A stretch of DNA of 55,818 bases, the filler included, from Sphacelaria rigidula (taxonomy: Eukaryota): NCBI GenBank assembly GCA_964200075.2. It is 3 parts of 3 records of this genome, joined end to end, with 100 filler letters (N's around TTAATTAATTAA, not from the genome) between each part and the next. Parts side by side here need not be neighbours in the genome. Positions count along the whole stretch, not along the records: positions 18,643 to 37,183 come from CAXNAA020000842.1; positions 37,284 to 55,818 come from CAXNAA020000843.1; 1 more part is not named here. One strand, 5' to 3'. Of the stretch, positions 34,529 through 46,238 are shown one piece after another. Position numbers and translations under genes: made by a program. Under the pieces are notes generated by a model that saw only the letters and a program-made list of their open reading frames with translations, ran no database searches and had not been told where the DNA came from. Numbering within the stretch: position 1 is the stretch's first letter; every line of letters begins with the position of its first letter.

Positions 34529-36554
34529 GGTATACTGCTTTGGCGTACGGTCATATCTCGCGAGTAACATGTCTTTTTCTGGCTTTTTTCTGAGGCCCGG
34601 GTGCTTAGCAGCCCCCCTAATTGCTGTGCGTCAGAACTTCGGAGCAGAATCGGTCTAGATTGTGTGTTTTGCTGTTTTGGCGTTTCTGGTCATTTTTCGT
34701 ACCTTTCTCGGGAAAAATACGAGAATATATACCCTTTCCAGGCAATCGCCCTTGCTTATATACACAGAGAGAGTATGGCGTTTTCGAATATCATACACTG
34801 AATCAAGGTATTGCACACCTACAAGCTGGGCCGACCTAGATGCGATCAAGAAAACACCGTTAACTCGCGAAATCATGAACTTACTGTCGCGAGCAATATT
34901 TTTGTCATCATGCCCTATTCATCCCCATACCATATTTGAAATTCCAACTCTCGGAATTGACGTGAGACGGGGTGATTCAGAAACCGACCCGGGCGGGATC
35001 GAGAGCAATATTTTACACGCCATTTACTGGCCCAGGTTTGTTACTTGTGTTTTGAAACTTTGTGTGAGACCTCGCTCGGCCATAACGAACAAAACAAAGT
35101 GGGGAATATCGGTTATTTTATATTTTTTTCACTTGTTTACGACGTTATACTTTAGCATGATGAACACCACCTTTTCACGAGAACGCCCATACCTCTGCAA
35201 AACAAATGATGGCCTATTCATTCTTCTTCCGGCATACCTTCGCGACTCACCAAGATATGTTTCAAATCGCAATTATGAAATTTGAGCTGAAAAATTGAGA
35301 TGAAATCCGAGAGCGTCGTGCATTTTCCGTCAAAACTCTCCCAAACAAACAAAAATAATGGAAAAACTGTCCTTCTTTCATTATGCACGAGTGATTCTCA
35401 ACTTTCAAGGCACAGCTCTCGAAAACTGATACGCAATACTGTATCCAGATTCGGTGCATTTATTGCCTCTGCTCGTGATAAATTGATTTCGGTATGGAAT
35501 GCGCCATACACACGTGGACAAATAGCACCCTGTAGGACGAGCCGCACAGGGTTCTCCACAGTCTTTGTGAGATCCCCTGGGTAGCATTGGCATAAACTTA
35601 GTACCTGTAATAGCATTTTGCATAGCGTTTTTGTCGAAACCCTGCAAGTAACCCTGTGGAGAGGCCTTCCCAATTAGCAAAATTCCAAATTATTTTGGTA
35701 TAAAATCTGCAATTTTTTGTTTGGAATAGCTTCTCCTGCTGTCCGAGAAAAATTCCCGTTTGCCCGATTCAAATCGAGCAAATGAGAGGTTTTCTCGGAC
35801 AGCAGGAGACGCTATTCAAAACGATCCATTCCGAACAGCTTCTTCTGCTGCGCAAATCCCATGCACACTGGAAGATTTGGAATTTGAACAGCAGAAGAAG
35901 CTCGAAATAAATCTTCACTTTGCCCTCCAATTCATCCGGAAATTGGGCAAAAAGAGATTTATTGCGAACAGCGTCAGCTGGGCATATCCCGCATACTGCA
36001 CCGTTATCAGCACATGGGATCCGACAAGCAGAAAAAAGTGTTGAAACTATTTCATCCTTTCGCCCCCCGGTTCATGCACATGGGCTAAAGGATGAATGAA
36101 TCTCAAAAGCTTTTGCTGAATGGAGATTCAACACACTGATTACGATCGAGTGTATGTCCACACGCCTACGACTTTAGATACTAAGCTTCCGCTCAAGACG
36201 TGGATGTTGGGACGAAGGAATATACCTCGCATATCAATGCACATTGCTTTTAAAAACCCTGTGGTCCGCAGTCTACCAAAAATCACTCAACCGAGTATGC
36301 TTTTGTTCAGAGAGGCTTTTGTTTGATGGTTATTTGAAGCACAAAATAATTTGATCGCGAACAACAAATCAGGTAGCTCAATAGGCAACCTTACACACTT
36401 CTAAGCACAAAATCGTGAGTTTAACTTTCACCCCTGCCACTTTTCTACCGTTTTTGTCTGCCAGTACCATGCCGATGCTGTATGGAGCATACGGTATGCG
36501 TGCTATACAGGCTGCACAGCATATTAACAGCGATGAATTCTACACGGAGTGACG

Positions 36555-36760
36555 AAACCCTGTGAAGCGTCCTGTGTGGCACAAAATAATACCCTATAGT
36601 CAAATCCCCGCGAGAAACCCTGCACATTTTCCCTGAACCCTGTGAAGCGTCCTATGGGGCACAAAACAAACTACAGCCAGATCCCCGCGAGGAAAACAGC
36701 ACAGTTTCCCTAAACCCTGTAGACGTGCCCCACAGGGTGCTATTTGTCCACGTGTGTACC
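36555..36760. repeat. tandem repeat, unit about 79 bp x3, ending in an arm inverted relative to about 35508-35535
   Basis: aaccctgt(g)a...cgt occurs at about 36557, 36636 and 36714. gggtgctatttgtccacgtgtgt pairs with acacacgtggacaaatagcaccc. Confidence 0.65.
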
Positions 36761-37183
36761 TCGAGATAGAAATCGAATTAGGCGAAGGTGAGGGTGACGA
36801 TCGTTTCCCCGTGATATACAGATTCAGTGCATTTAGTGTCTCTGCTCGAAAAACATCGATTTTAGTATAAACCTTATGAGCGCCATATCTCGAGATATAA
36901 AACGAATTAGGCAAAGGTGAGGATATCGATCGTTTTTCCACGCTCCAGGGATTCTCCACACCGAAAATCGTCTTTCTCCGCTGTATATAACGTTCGGGGT
37001 TCCATATAGCCTGCAGTATGGACGCTATCTCCGTACGAAAAATAGGAATAACTACAATATGGGGTTAATCAGGGGTCAGCGCGGAGAAACGTTTCGAACA
37101 CGTAGGTCCCACTTCTCACCCCCCCCCTCTTCCATCCCCTTATTATTTTCCAGAATTTTGCAATTGTTTTTTTTCATTTTTTT

Positions 37184-37283
37184 NNNNNNNNNNNNNNNNN
37201 NNNNNNNNNNNNNNNNNNNNNNNNNNNTTAATTAATTAANNNNNNNNNNNNNNNNNNNNNNNNNNNNNNNNNNNNNNNNNNNN
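37184..37283. other. assembly gap with artificial TTAATTAATTAA linker
   Basis: N run with ttaattaattaa at 37228-37239. Confidence 0.97.
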
Positions 37284-37935
37284 TTGCCTAGCTTACGCAG
37301 TGGGAGGTGTGTTTTATAACGTCATCGCCAACCGACGCCAACCCCATCGGGGGTCCGCCCCCTACAAAGCGGGGACGGAGCACGCCGGGTTCTCGCCGGA
37401 CCAGGCTGAAGCGCGCGGGGGGGTGTTTCTTTCGCTGGCCTGACTTGCTGCCGACAACCTCATCACGACTAGCTACCATCGCTACTGCTGTTACTGTTGT
37501 TGTTATTGATGTTCTTATTATTTCCGCACATTAGCCCCATCTCTCGAACCAGCGGTCATTGACGTCGGCTCACCTCTCCGGTACCCTCACTACTATTCCT
37601 CACGTGAGAAAGAAGCGCTTACTGACCGGTTTCTTCTGAAACATGGAGAAAAAAATAAAAATAAACAAGAAAGCAGTACGAGAGAGACGTGAAAACAGCA
37701 GAAGAAATAACGCCTCCTCCCGAGTTGGTCGAGGTGTGGTATGCTAAACAAATCAGATCTGTCAATAAAGTAGAGAACTGGGCGGGTACCAAGCAAGAGT
37801 TGAATCACGTCCCGAGGTACCTCCGGAAAAAAAAAAAAAGCGAAGTTTTTAGCGAGGTGGCAGACGCACGAGCGAGTACATCACACGATGGGCCTCTGTA
37901 CGGTTCGGCGGCATTCGATAGACACTGGGGAAACT

Positions 37936-38480
37936 CTAGTGGTAACACAGCAAAAATTCCTTCGCATGGTGCGCGTTGGTCCAATCTGTCATGCACTTCT
38001 TGGCCCCTCCCTTCACGACCCGGTACCATCCGGAAATATGTTGGGCGATCTGCGTCCATGATGTCGCATCTATTCCCAAGGTAGGGCAGTACCGAGGGAT
38101 ACCGTGTTGCAGGGCTTTCACGGGCTGACATGCCTTCGTCTCCCCTCCGACCATTATTCCACGCATGACGATGTTGGGGAGGCGCTCGTGTCGTGCATAC
38201 GTGCGGCGCGTCCGGGGAGTAGTAGGATTCGCCTCGTCATGGTAGCCCCAATTCAATCGCAGCCATTAATCTCGAGAACCTCCCGGTATGACATCAGTAC
38301 ATGTGGTGCAGTAATCGGGAGCGTTGGGGGTTGAGATACTGTATGCTCCTTGAGGCACCGCAGCAGGAAACGGTGGTGGACTTCTCGCAACGGGCAGAAA
38401 GCATCGGGCGCGAGCGTCTAGGTCACGCAGCGGTACAACATGACCTCGATTGCTTCTGCCTTCAGGAACGGACTCACACG
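37936..38480 (-). mobile_element. degenerate RTE-like LINE 3' fragment (RT C-terminal region)
   Basis: Across frameshifts it reads LKAEAIEVMLYRCVT*TL...LREVHHRFLLRCL...MSYREVLEINGCD*IGATMTRRILL...ERLPNIVMRGIMVGG...LGIDATSWTQIAQHISGWYRVVKGGAKKCMTDW. This matches the RTE pattern LLYGCxTW...RLPKxvmfG...W...A...W. Confidence 0.75.
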
Positions 38481-39109
38481 CGCAAACTCGACAAATGGAG
38501 TACTTGGAGATCGAGAGGTTTCGATCGCCTTTCCCTCGCGTTGTTCCTTGTTCTTTTCTCCTCTTTTTTTACTTTTCCAAGTTTTTTGCGGTGCTGATGG
38601 GGGCGGGGGCGGGGGTAGGAGCAGAGACATTATAAACGCCCTTCGCCTGCACAGTGAGGGGCACAGTCGGTCGTGAAATATATCATGTTACATAATTTTG
38701 ACACTCCACCCGTGATGCTGTTCTCTTTTGCCATCGCGTGTCTTTTACAAGAGCATGCATCGTTTTGTCCTCAACGCTCTGGCGGATCGGAGCTCAGAAC
38801 AACCAAGTAGGTTCGGGGGAGGGGAGCTCTGGTCTTGTGTGATTTGTGGGTTCGGCATTTACCAATGACGCGGGAGGCAAACGTTTCTCTGTGTGGTGTG
38901 CCAAGACCAGAGAACGTTACCTGGTCAAGGTGAATAATCACAAAAGCCTCACGCCAAATAAAAAGCGAAATGAATGCAGGTCTCTTGGTCGGGATGTTCG
39001 CACTTTGTACGTATTGGCTCCCGGATCTCAAGGAGCGATGACAGCGTGAATGATCCACTTTTGTTCCCTGTCACCTTTCGCTCGTGTTCGGTGCGTTGGG
39101 ACCTTTCAG

Positions 39110-42100
39110 GCGCCCTTGGTTTGCCCGATATCGGACAACTATTCCCGGACAATGATCCCGAGTGGTCGGGGGCGGACTCGTCGATGTTCATGGAAGAGGC
39201 GTTTCGCAGGATGGAAAACAGGGGGTTCCGGATCGGCAACGTGGACGTCACTCTTATTCTTCAAAAACCAAAGGTATGGAAGCCATTGGGCACCGGACCT
39301 CCCTTACCGGTACTCCTTTGGGAACAGTATCGATGACCGGTCTTGAACGTTAGCATACCCAGCGCTGTGTAGCTGAGAAGCTAACCCTTCTTTGTTTGCG
39401 AGCATAAGCACATGACACCATATCGTGTGTCATTTTGTGGTCCCCAAGCCCCGACCCATCTCGTTCTCAGAACATAATCTTCCCCCGAGTGTGAATGACT
39501 ATAACCATAATATTTTGCAACAGGATACAAAAATGGGGGGGTCTGAGTAAGCTGCATGTTGATCGAAACGGATCGATTTTTTCTACATTTGAACGGTAGT
39601 ATTTGCATTTTTATATGCCTACATTTTTTTCCCCTTCAATTTCATGTTGATATGTAAAACTCCGCTACCTCTAAAATAATCAGGAAAGTAACGTCTTTGC
39701 AAGTGGTCGCGTCACGTGCTCACAGGGGTTATCTAGGGCCCGTCTGCGTAAGTGGGAGCCAAGGGAGGTTAATCAAACATCCATGCTGTGCTGGAGAGAA
39801 AGTATCAGACGAACGGTGGAAAGTACTATGTTGAAGCTGATCGCGCTCCAGCTTTAGAAAAAAATATTATTCTCTTCTTTTTGATTCGTGTTTCGTTTCC
39901 CCGAGTTTTGCCTCGTTCCCATCCTCTCCTGTGTATCCCTGTTTTTTTTCCCACACTATTTTTTAATTATTTTTCAATAGCGAGTGTTTTCCGTATATTC
40001 TACGTTGGGGTACGTGTGGTATATTTTTTTCACCAAATGCTGTATGACGATTTGTAGAAGATCAGTCGATGTGTGACGAGCAACATAAATCAAATAATAT
40101 AGAGTATGCAGGGGTCGGTACGGGTTGGTCAATACCTCTCAGCACCCGGACCTACTCCACCGTGTCAGGTATTCTTGAAGGTGTCCTCCAATCGTCGGTA
40201 CACCTCTCCAGAATGCCGCCTTTGAAAAAAGACTTGCAGGGCATAAAGCGCGAACTTCCTGTGCCGATGCGTGAGCCTCGCCGTTTCCGTGCTGTTACCA
40301 TCGTCCCCGTGCGATCATTCGAAACGTGTGACGTCGGAGGGCGATTTTCACGCAAAATTGGTGTGTGACATGACAATACTACGAGAAAATACCCCGTTGA
40401 TTACACGAGGTGCCCAGTACCCCAGGTACTGCGGGACAAAAATTACCCGCTGGTCTACTCGTATGTTTCAGAATAATGCCTCCTCACGGAAAGTTACCCT
40501 TTTTGTCGTCACCGGCGACCCCGAGTGGATTTCTGCTGTGCTAATCGAAAGTGTTATTGTATCTGCTCTCCCGGGATCAACTGTACCAGTGAAGGTTGTC
40601 GATTTGGTAGTACTGTAGTACTCTCCCGTGCTTCGCTTTTTTCTTGTTGTTCACTTGGCTGTGCTAGTGGAAGTGTCGGAGGTTGCTGTCGTGCGCGGTC
40701 GTGTGTTGTGTGATAGGTTTTGCTTCTACTCTCTCCGTAGTGTCCCGGTGGCCGTGCTAGCAAAACCATGCTAGCATTTGTCACAATTGGTAATTGTCAT
40801 TCTGACACCAGTACATACATCGCATGTGCCTTTGCCATTGGGAGCCTTTTCTGGTCGCTGTTTCTGAACTTGAACGTATACTGTACTTTCAAGTATTACT
40901 TCTTGCTCCCCCCACCCACCCCATCTCCCTCGAGGTAGCTGCTTCGGTTTGATCTGCCTTACGCAACCTGCGCCACTCGCCATCGGTACATACATATATT
41001 TGTACATAATCTACCCAGGATATGATGTGATGATAGGCACTGATACAAAAGAGGGGTTGCAACTGAGCACATTCGTACGTACTGAAAATTCAAGGAATAG
41101 AAACGAAGGCGATCTTCGGATACCGTTCAAGACGGGAGTAAAAGAAAAACCAAGGGCAAGTTGCTGGTATTGTTTGCTCTAACCGATCCCACGAAACATT
41201 TGGATAACGTACGTAGTACGTGTACGTGTCGAAAATCACCCGCATCTTGCGTTCCTGGGGCTGATGTGTGTATGGTATAGTGCCGTAGTGTACATAAATA
41301 TGACCAATTGCGTTGGACTAGATATCAACCGGTCTGCACGGGGGTAGTGTACCGAATGGTTGGCAGCCTGTCGAGTATGAGTCGCTTCTCGCCTGAGAGA
41401 GTCATGGTACCGGCGGTAGAGTACCCGGTAAAGGCGAACTCCCTGTACGGGTACTCGCAGGTACTACTCGTCCATTTCCCTTTTTCCAATAGAACCTCCA
41501 CACGAAGGTGCACCTTTTGTTTTTTTCACCAACCGGTACCAACCTTTTGTGTGTGTCTTGTTTTCAGCTGCCAACGCATGCATCCTTCAATAGCCAAGGG
41601 TGCGCAACCCCCGTATATGTGGAAACCACATTGGTATGAACGTAATGATATCCAGAATACACATGTAAATCGGAGAAACAGTCACAGGAACGGGGTCCGC
41701 CAATGGAATACATGAGCAAACTCGGAACGATTAATCCTGTGAAACTATGTCTTCGGGGAAATACGTAACAAGGTCCTGCGGTAGCAAGAGCTTAGCATAG
41801 TAGAGGCCACCGTATGAGCCCTGGTTGACCGTTGGCTGTACCTCATTGCAAGCTCGGTCACTCTTTGTGCCCACCACCGACTCACGACCAAATCCTTGCT
41901 CCACATAACAGGGGAGAAAACTGCGCCTCGCTTTCGAGATACTTCGGTAGTAGGGCACGACACTGCTCTCCATCAAGACAGGTAGCTCCACTGCGTCACA
42001 CCTAGCGAAGTCCAGTTTACATTGGCGACACTAGTGAGATATATCCGCTCGTATCTATTTTGTTCAACACTGCCGAGACGAGCAACCCACCTATTCAGTA

Positions 42101-43179
42101 CGGTACTGTAGCACCATGCGATAACCGCGAAGGCAGGCAGATGCATTTTACTCTTCGAGCCTTGACAGCGTTTAACGTCCTTCAAATGCGGATCATGAGT
42201 GGAATCGCTTTGCACGGGTGTCATCGTAAATTATATTCAAAGACGGGGACGGCCACATGTATGGGCAATCCTGCGCGCGCATGTGCATGCATCGGAGGGA
42301 GCAGGTAAGCTTGCGTCGACAGCGGCCTTTACATTTGGCGACAATTTTGTACTGTCCATGGGATCCAATGCTGGATGAGTCGGGCATTTTTTTATCTGTT
42401 GCCTTCTCATTTCTCTTGTACATGGTCCCCCGGTGGACCCCGTAAGATGACGGTTGAGCCGGAGACGCTAACATCGTATGTCTTCAGCCCATGTGCTCAG
42501 TTCGGGCGGAATGGAACAACAAAAATACTAAGCAGGTAGTTTCCGGCGTGTTCCAAGTTTACGGGAAGTACTCAGTATGACCTCTGGAATACGTACACCA
42601 TTGTCCCATAGGTAAGCCGCTCCACGAGGGGTTAGGAATATAAATTTGGTGTAGAAAAATGCCATTTGATGTCTTTGTGGAGATTTTTTTTGTCTAGTTT
42701 TTTGTTTGCAATGCCCCCCGGTTTGTGCACGGCAGTGGGAACAGCGAGTTCTCTTTCAAGATGCGGTCTCCATTGTATATGAGCATTTTCTCCAAGCTCA
42801 ATTTCCATCGGACGAAGTGTATGCTTCACAAGAAAGGATGTCTGATCACCTGTCTGAAAATCTGTCTGAAGAAACCCCGAGTCATTTCCCTGAAACTATC
42901 AAGTCTCGTGGGGCAAGCACTACAGCGGCCTCAGCTCATCAGTTGCCGTCATGAGCTGTCGTGTAAGGATGCACCTGTGCCTTCCCTATCGGATTCGCCA
43001 CTGCTTCGGTTCAGGTGATGGATATCAAGCCGCAGATGCGGGCAAACATCGTGCGTCTCTTGCGCACAACGGCAGGGAGGGTCAACGTCAAGGCTCGAAC
43101 ACACGAGAAAGTCGACGCTGTCGGGGAGGGGCGGGCCATGGCGTGCCACGTTGTTGTCCTCTTGGAGAAGAGCCCGTAG
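39110..43179 (+). CDS. ispF: 2-C-methyl-D-erythritol 2,4-cyclodiphosphate synthase (last two exons; 5' exons not found)
   Basis: Exon 39110-39273 (GALGLPDIGQLFPDNDPEWSGADSSMFMEEAFRRMENRGFRIGNVDVTLILQKPK) and exon 43015-43179 (VMDIKPQMRANIVRLLRTTAGRVNVKARTHEKVDAVGEGRAMACHVVVLLEKSP*) are joined by a phase-0 GT-AG intron of 3741 nt. DIG.LFPD, NVD.T and NVKA.T.E are IspF signatures. Confidence 0.95.
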
Positions 43180-44532
43180 ATGTACTTGTATCTTGATCTT
43201 GTACCGGCTGGGGTCGATTGTGTTTTCCGTTGCCGCCCTGTTTTCTCTCCTGTTGATGAGGGAACAAGCGTCGATGATTGCGTTCGTTGCGACAGAAGGG
43301 TTTTCATCGAGGTGGTCGATTGGGTTGGCTTCCATCCTGCCATCTCGCTCTCTTTCCCACTCTTTCCCTCTCTTTTCTCTCTCGCAATGCCTCTGTTTGC
43401 TCCTGGTTCCTTCCTTGAGTGTTGAGGATATCTTCGCAGCAGATTGGTCGAGGCTTTTATCCCTGCACTAACCCCTGTAGTGTTTCTTACCACCAAAATT
43501 TCACCACACGTTATCAGAAGAACAGCGTGATTATTCTCCGATATTTGGCATCCCTTACTTGGTCATATTTTGGTGTGTCACAACCTACTGCTGATGAAAA
43601 GCTTTGTGGGGCGAGAACACCACTTGGTTCCAGTATCAGACAACAAACTGCCTAGTCTTAGTATAGTTCAAGTGACGGGTCGGTTTCATTCTGATGCCAA
43701 TTTTCACTTCTTGTCCAGCATGATACCGGAATATACTCGTAGTTATTCTCAGTAGTTGGAAAGTCGCGACCTGCTTGGTTTTGGTTCTGTATTTGATGTT
43801 GGGATCTACTTGCAGACGGAGCGTAGGGACAAGAACTAGCGGATTTCGATGTGAACGTCTACAGCTACTACTGTATTTGCATCAGTGTAGTGTGCATATT
43901 TTTAACCCATGTCAAGGTTCAATTTTTTTCGTCTCGGATGGGGGGGTAGTGGCTCGTGTTACTACTCTCTCGTCGTTAGTCCTTGTCCTGTAAGGGGGTG
44001 TAAGGAGGGTTGCCTGATGTTTCCCAAATTGCAATTCCAGGGCGATACGTCTTACACCACAGCCTTTAGTTTCATTTATTTTCGAGTTGACTCGCTGACA
44101 AAATTTGACTGGGACATGCGTCGGAGTGTTCACTATGGCACAGTCGTCGAAATCATCAACTACGCAAGCCCCTATTTTGTATGACACTTGACGGAGATTT
44201 TGGAAACTGTACAGTGGCTCTTCGTAATTTTGAAAACAAGTGAGCCTGGAAAGTTTTAATTCGGTCCGTTCGGGGGGTGATGACCAGATAATGTGCTACT
44301 ACCTCTGAGTGCATTGACTATGCGTCAGTCGGTATGCGGATGTCAATCCGATAGCACCCGATTTCAGACGACAGAGGACCGAGTTACTTGGATTTGGAGC
44401 AGCGCCACAGACGGAACTGTCTGTGGTGATGGAGACAATCATGATTAAGTATACCTCGCCACCGGTGCTCATGTGTGGGTTGGTTTTTGTTCCCGAGATG
44501 AGCAAGGAAATTGAGCATCGCACGTTCGAGAC

Positions 44533-44622
44533 GTGTATGTATGTATGTGTGCTGCTATCCCATCTACTTTGGACGTCAGTCTACACCTCTCGGTATATGT
44601 TGTAGTCGCATCCGCCGGGGCC
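44533..44622 (-). mobile_element. 5'-truncated SINE copy 3
   Basis: tatcccatct...tggacgtcagtctacacct.tcggtatatgt matches the 3' end of the SINE, next to a (TGTA/TG)n tail. Confidence 0.6.
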
Positions 44623-46238
44623 ATCATGGGCTATATGTGGACATTTTCTTCATGACAGTTTTGGGGCTGGTTTAAGGGGGGCGATCGCTGCATCCCTGTT
44701 AATCGCCAAGTAATCAAGGCGGAGATACCCATTCGCGCACAAGTGTTACCTGATTTTTATCATCCTTATGATTTCAACTGCTGATTTTGTAGGGCTTTCT
44801 ACTTGGTTGCTTGCACTTTTTCAATACTCCCCAATGTAAGGGGTTTGGTGGAACATACAGTTTCATCCACTTTCATATGCACAGAATCCGTCTCCCACGA
44901 TCCTGGAGATCCTGGAGTTTGTGGGTGTTGCAAAGCTTGAAATTTGTGCCACATTCCCTCATGTACAAAAGTAAAAACCCAAAAAATTTGGGCGTTGTCC
45001 TCGAAATTTCTATCGTTTTCCCCGCGATAGTGTCTCTGTCACATGGGCCAAAATCTGTCATGTTACATGCTGTAGTCTAGTAAAACCCATCATGTAAAAA
45101 AGCGCCTCCGGGGGGGCGCCTGCTGCGGCCCCCCCTCACCAGCCGGGGGGGGGGCGATGGTGGCGCGGTGAAGCCGCGCCACCAGTGTACCGATCACATC
45201 CTGTGTACTGGCTGCGTCAGCAGCCAATATACAGGATCCTGACTGGCTTCGCCAGTATCCAGCCCTAAAAACAAAGCATGCGGCGCTGTGCTACTGTGCG
45301 TACTGTTGTAGTAGAGCTGTCGCTAACTGTGGTGGTACCCTCTCCAAGGGACAAGCTATACCGTGGTCGATCCTTAGGTGCTCGTGTGACATGGACAGAC
45401 GAAACCGCGTCCAGGAAATATCCCATCATTGACTGACGCTATGGGCACGCTCGCCAGGTTCAGTGATGGCTGTCAGCAAGCTCTGTTCGTGTTTGCGATG
45501 GCAACGCATCGGCGGTAGGGTCATGTGCAGCGCAAAATCTGGCCATCTTGGTTGTGAGTTTTAAAATGGAACATGACTTTTCGGGAATGTCAATCTGCTT
45601 CTTCCAAGGATTTGGGAAAGTATATCCACCGGCAGTTTGCGCGTTGTGATTGTTCTTGGAATCTCGCCAAGGATTTTTCCAAACACCTTTATGGATTTCG
45701 CCGATAGCTCTACGCAAATGTGTACGGGATTGAAGCCCTTTTGATTTAATTGATGTCCACCTTTTCAGAGGGTGGTAACATACGTGACACTAAATCGGGA
45801 CATCAAACAACGCTTGTCGTATCTTGCTGTGCTTGCTGCACAGTTGCTCAGCATTATATACATCACAACCGCCTCGTGATAGACAACAAGCATCCACCTA
45901 GCATTCTCGAGAAATATATACTGAAACCTCCGCCTTTGATATTGTGGGACAGCAGAGCCGCACCTGATTGTTCGTGGCTGCTCAGATACGGTAATATTCA
46001 GAGTAAGACATGAAACAGAAATAATGTAACCGAAAGATCGCTTTCATGGTTTTTGAACTCCTCAAGCCACTTTGTTTGACCTCCCTACGGCCATTTCACT
46101 AAACGCGTGTTGTTGTTGCTATCGGGAAAGGTGCCTCACACAACCCCCACACAGCACACTCCATCATTGCTCCCGGCACTTCCTCTTTGCCCTGAACTAC
46201 ATTGCAGCTTAGGTACAGCACGTGAGGGTGGTAGCAGC

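Larger units (their letters stand above)
32490..34755. mobile_element. large foldback element with long inverted arms and nested insertions
   Basis: About 32490-32695 is the reverse complement of about 34545-34755; 32700-32760 of about 33740-33800; and 32780-32955 of about 33437-33620. Confidence 0.8.

Noticed and set aside
34662..35285. 207-aa plus-strand ORF
   Set aside because: It begins inside a foldback arm, is AT-rich and has no recognisable motif; likely spurious.
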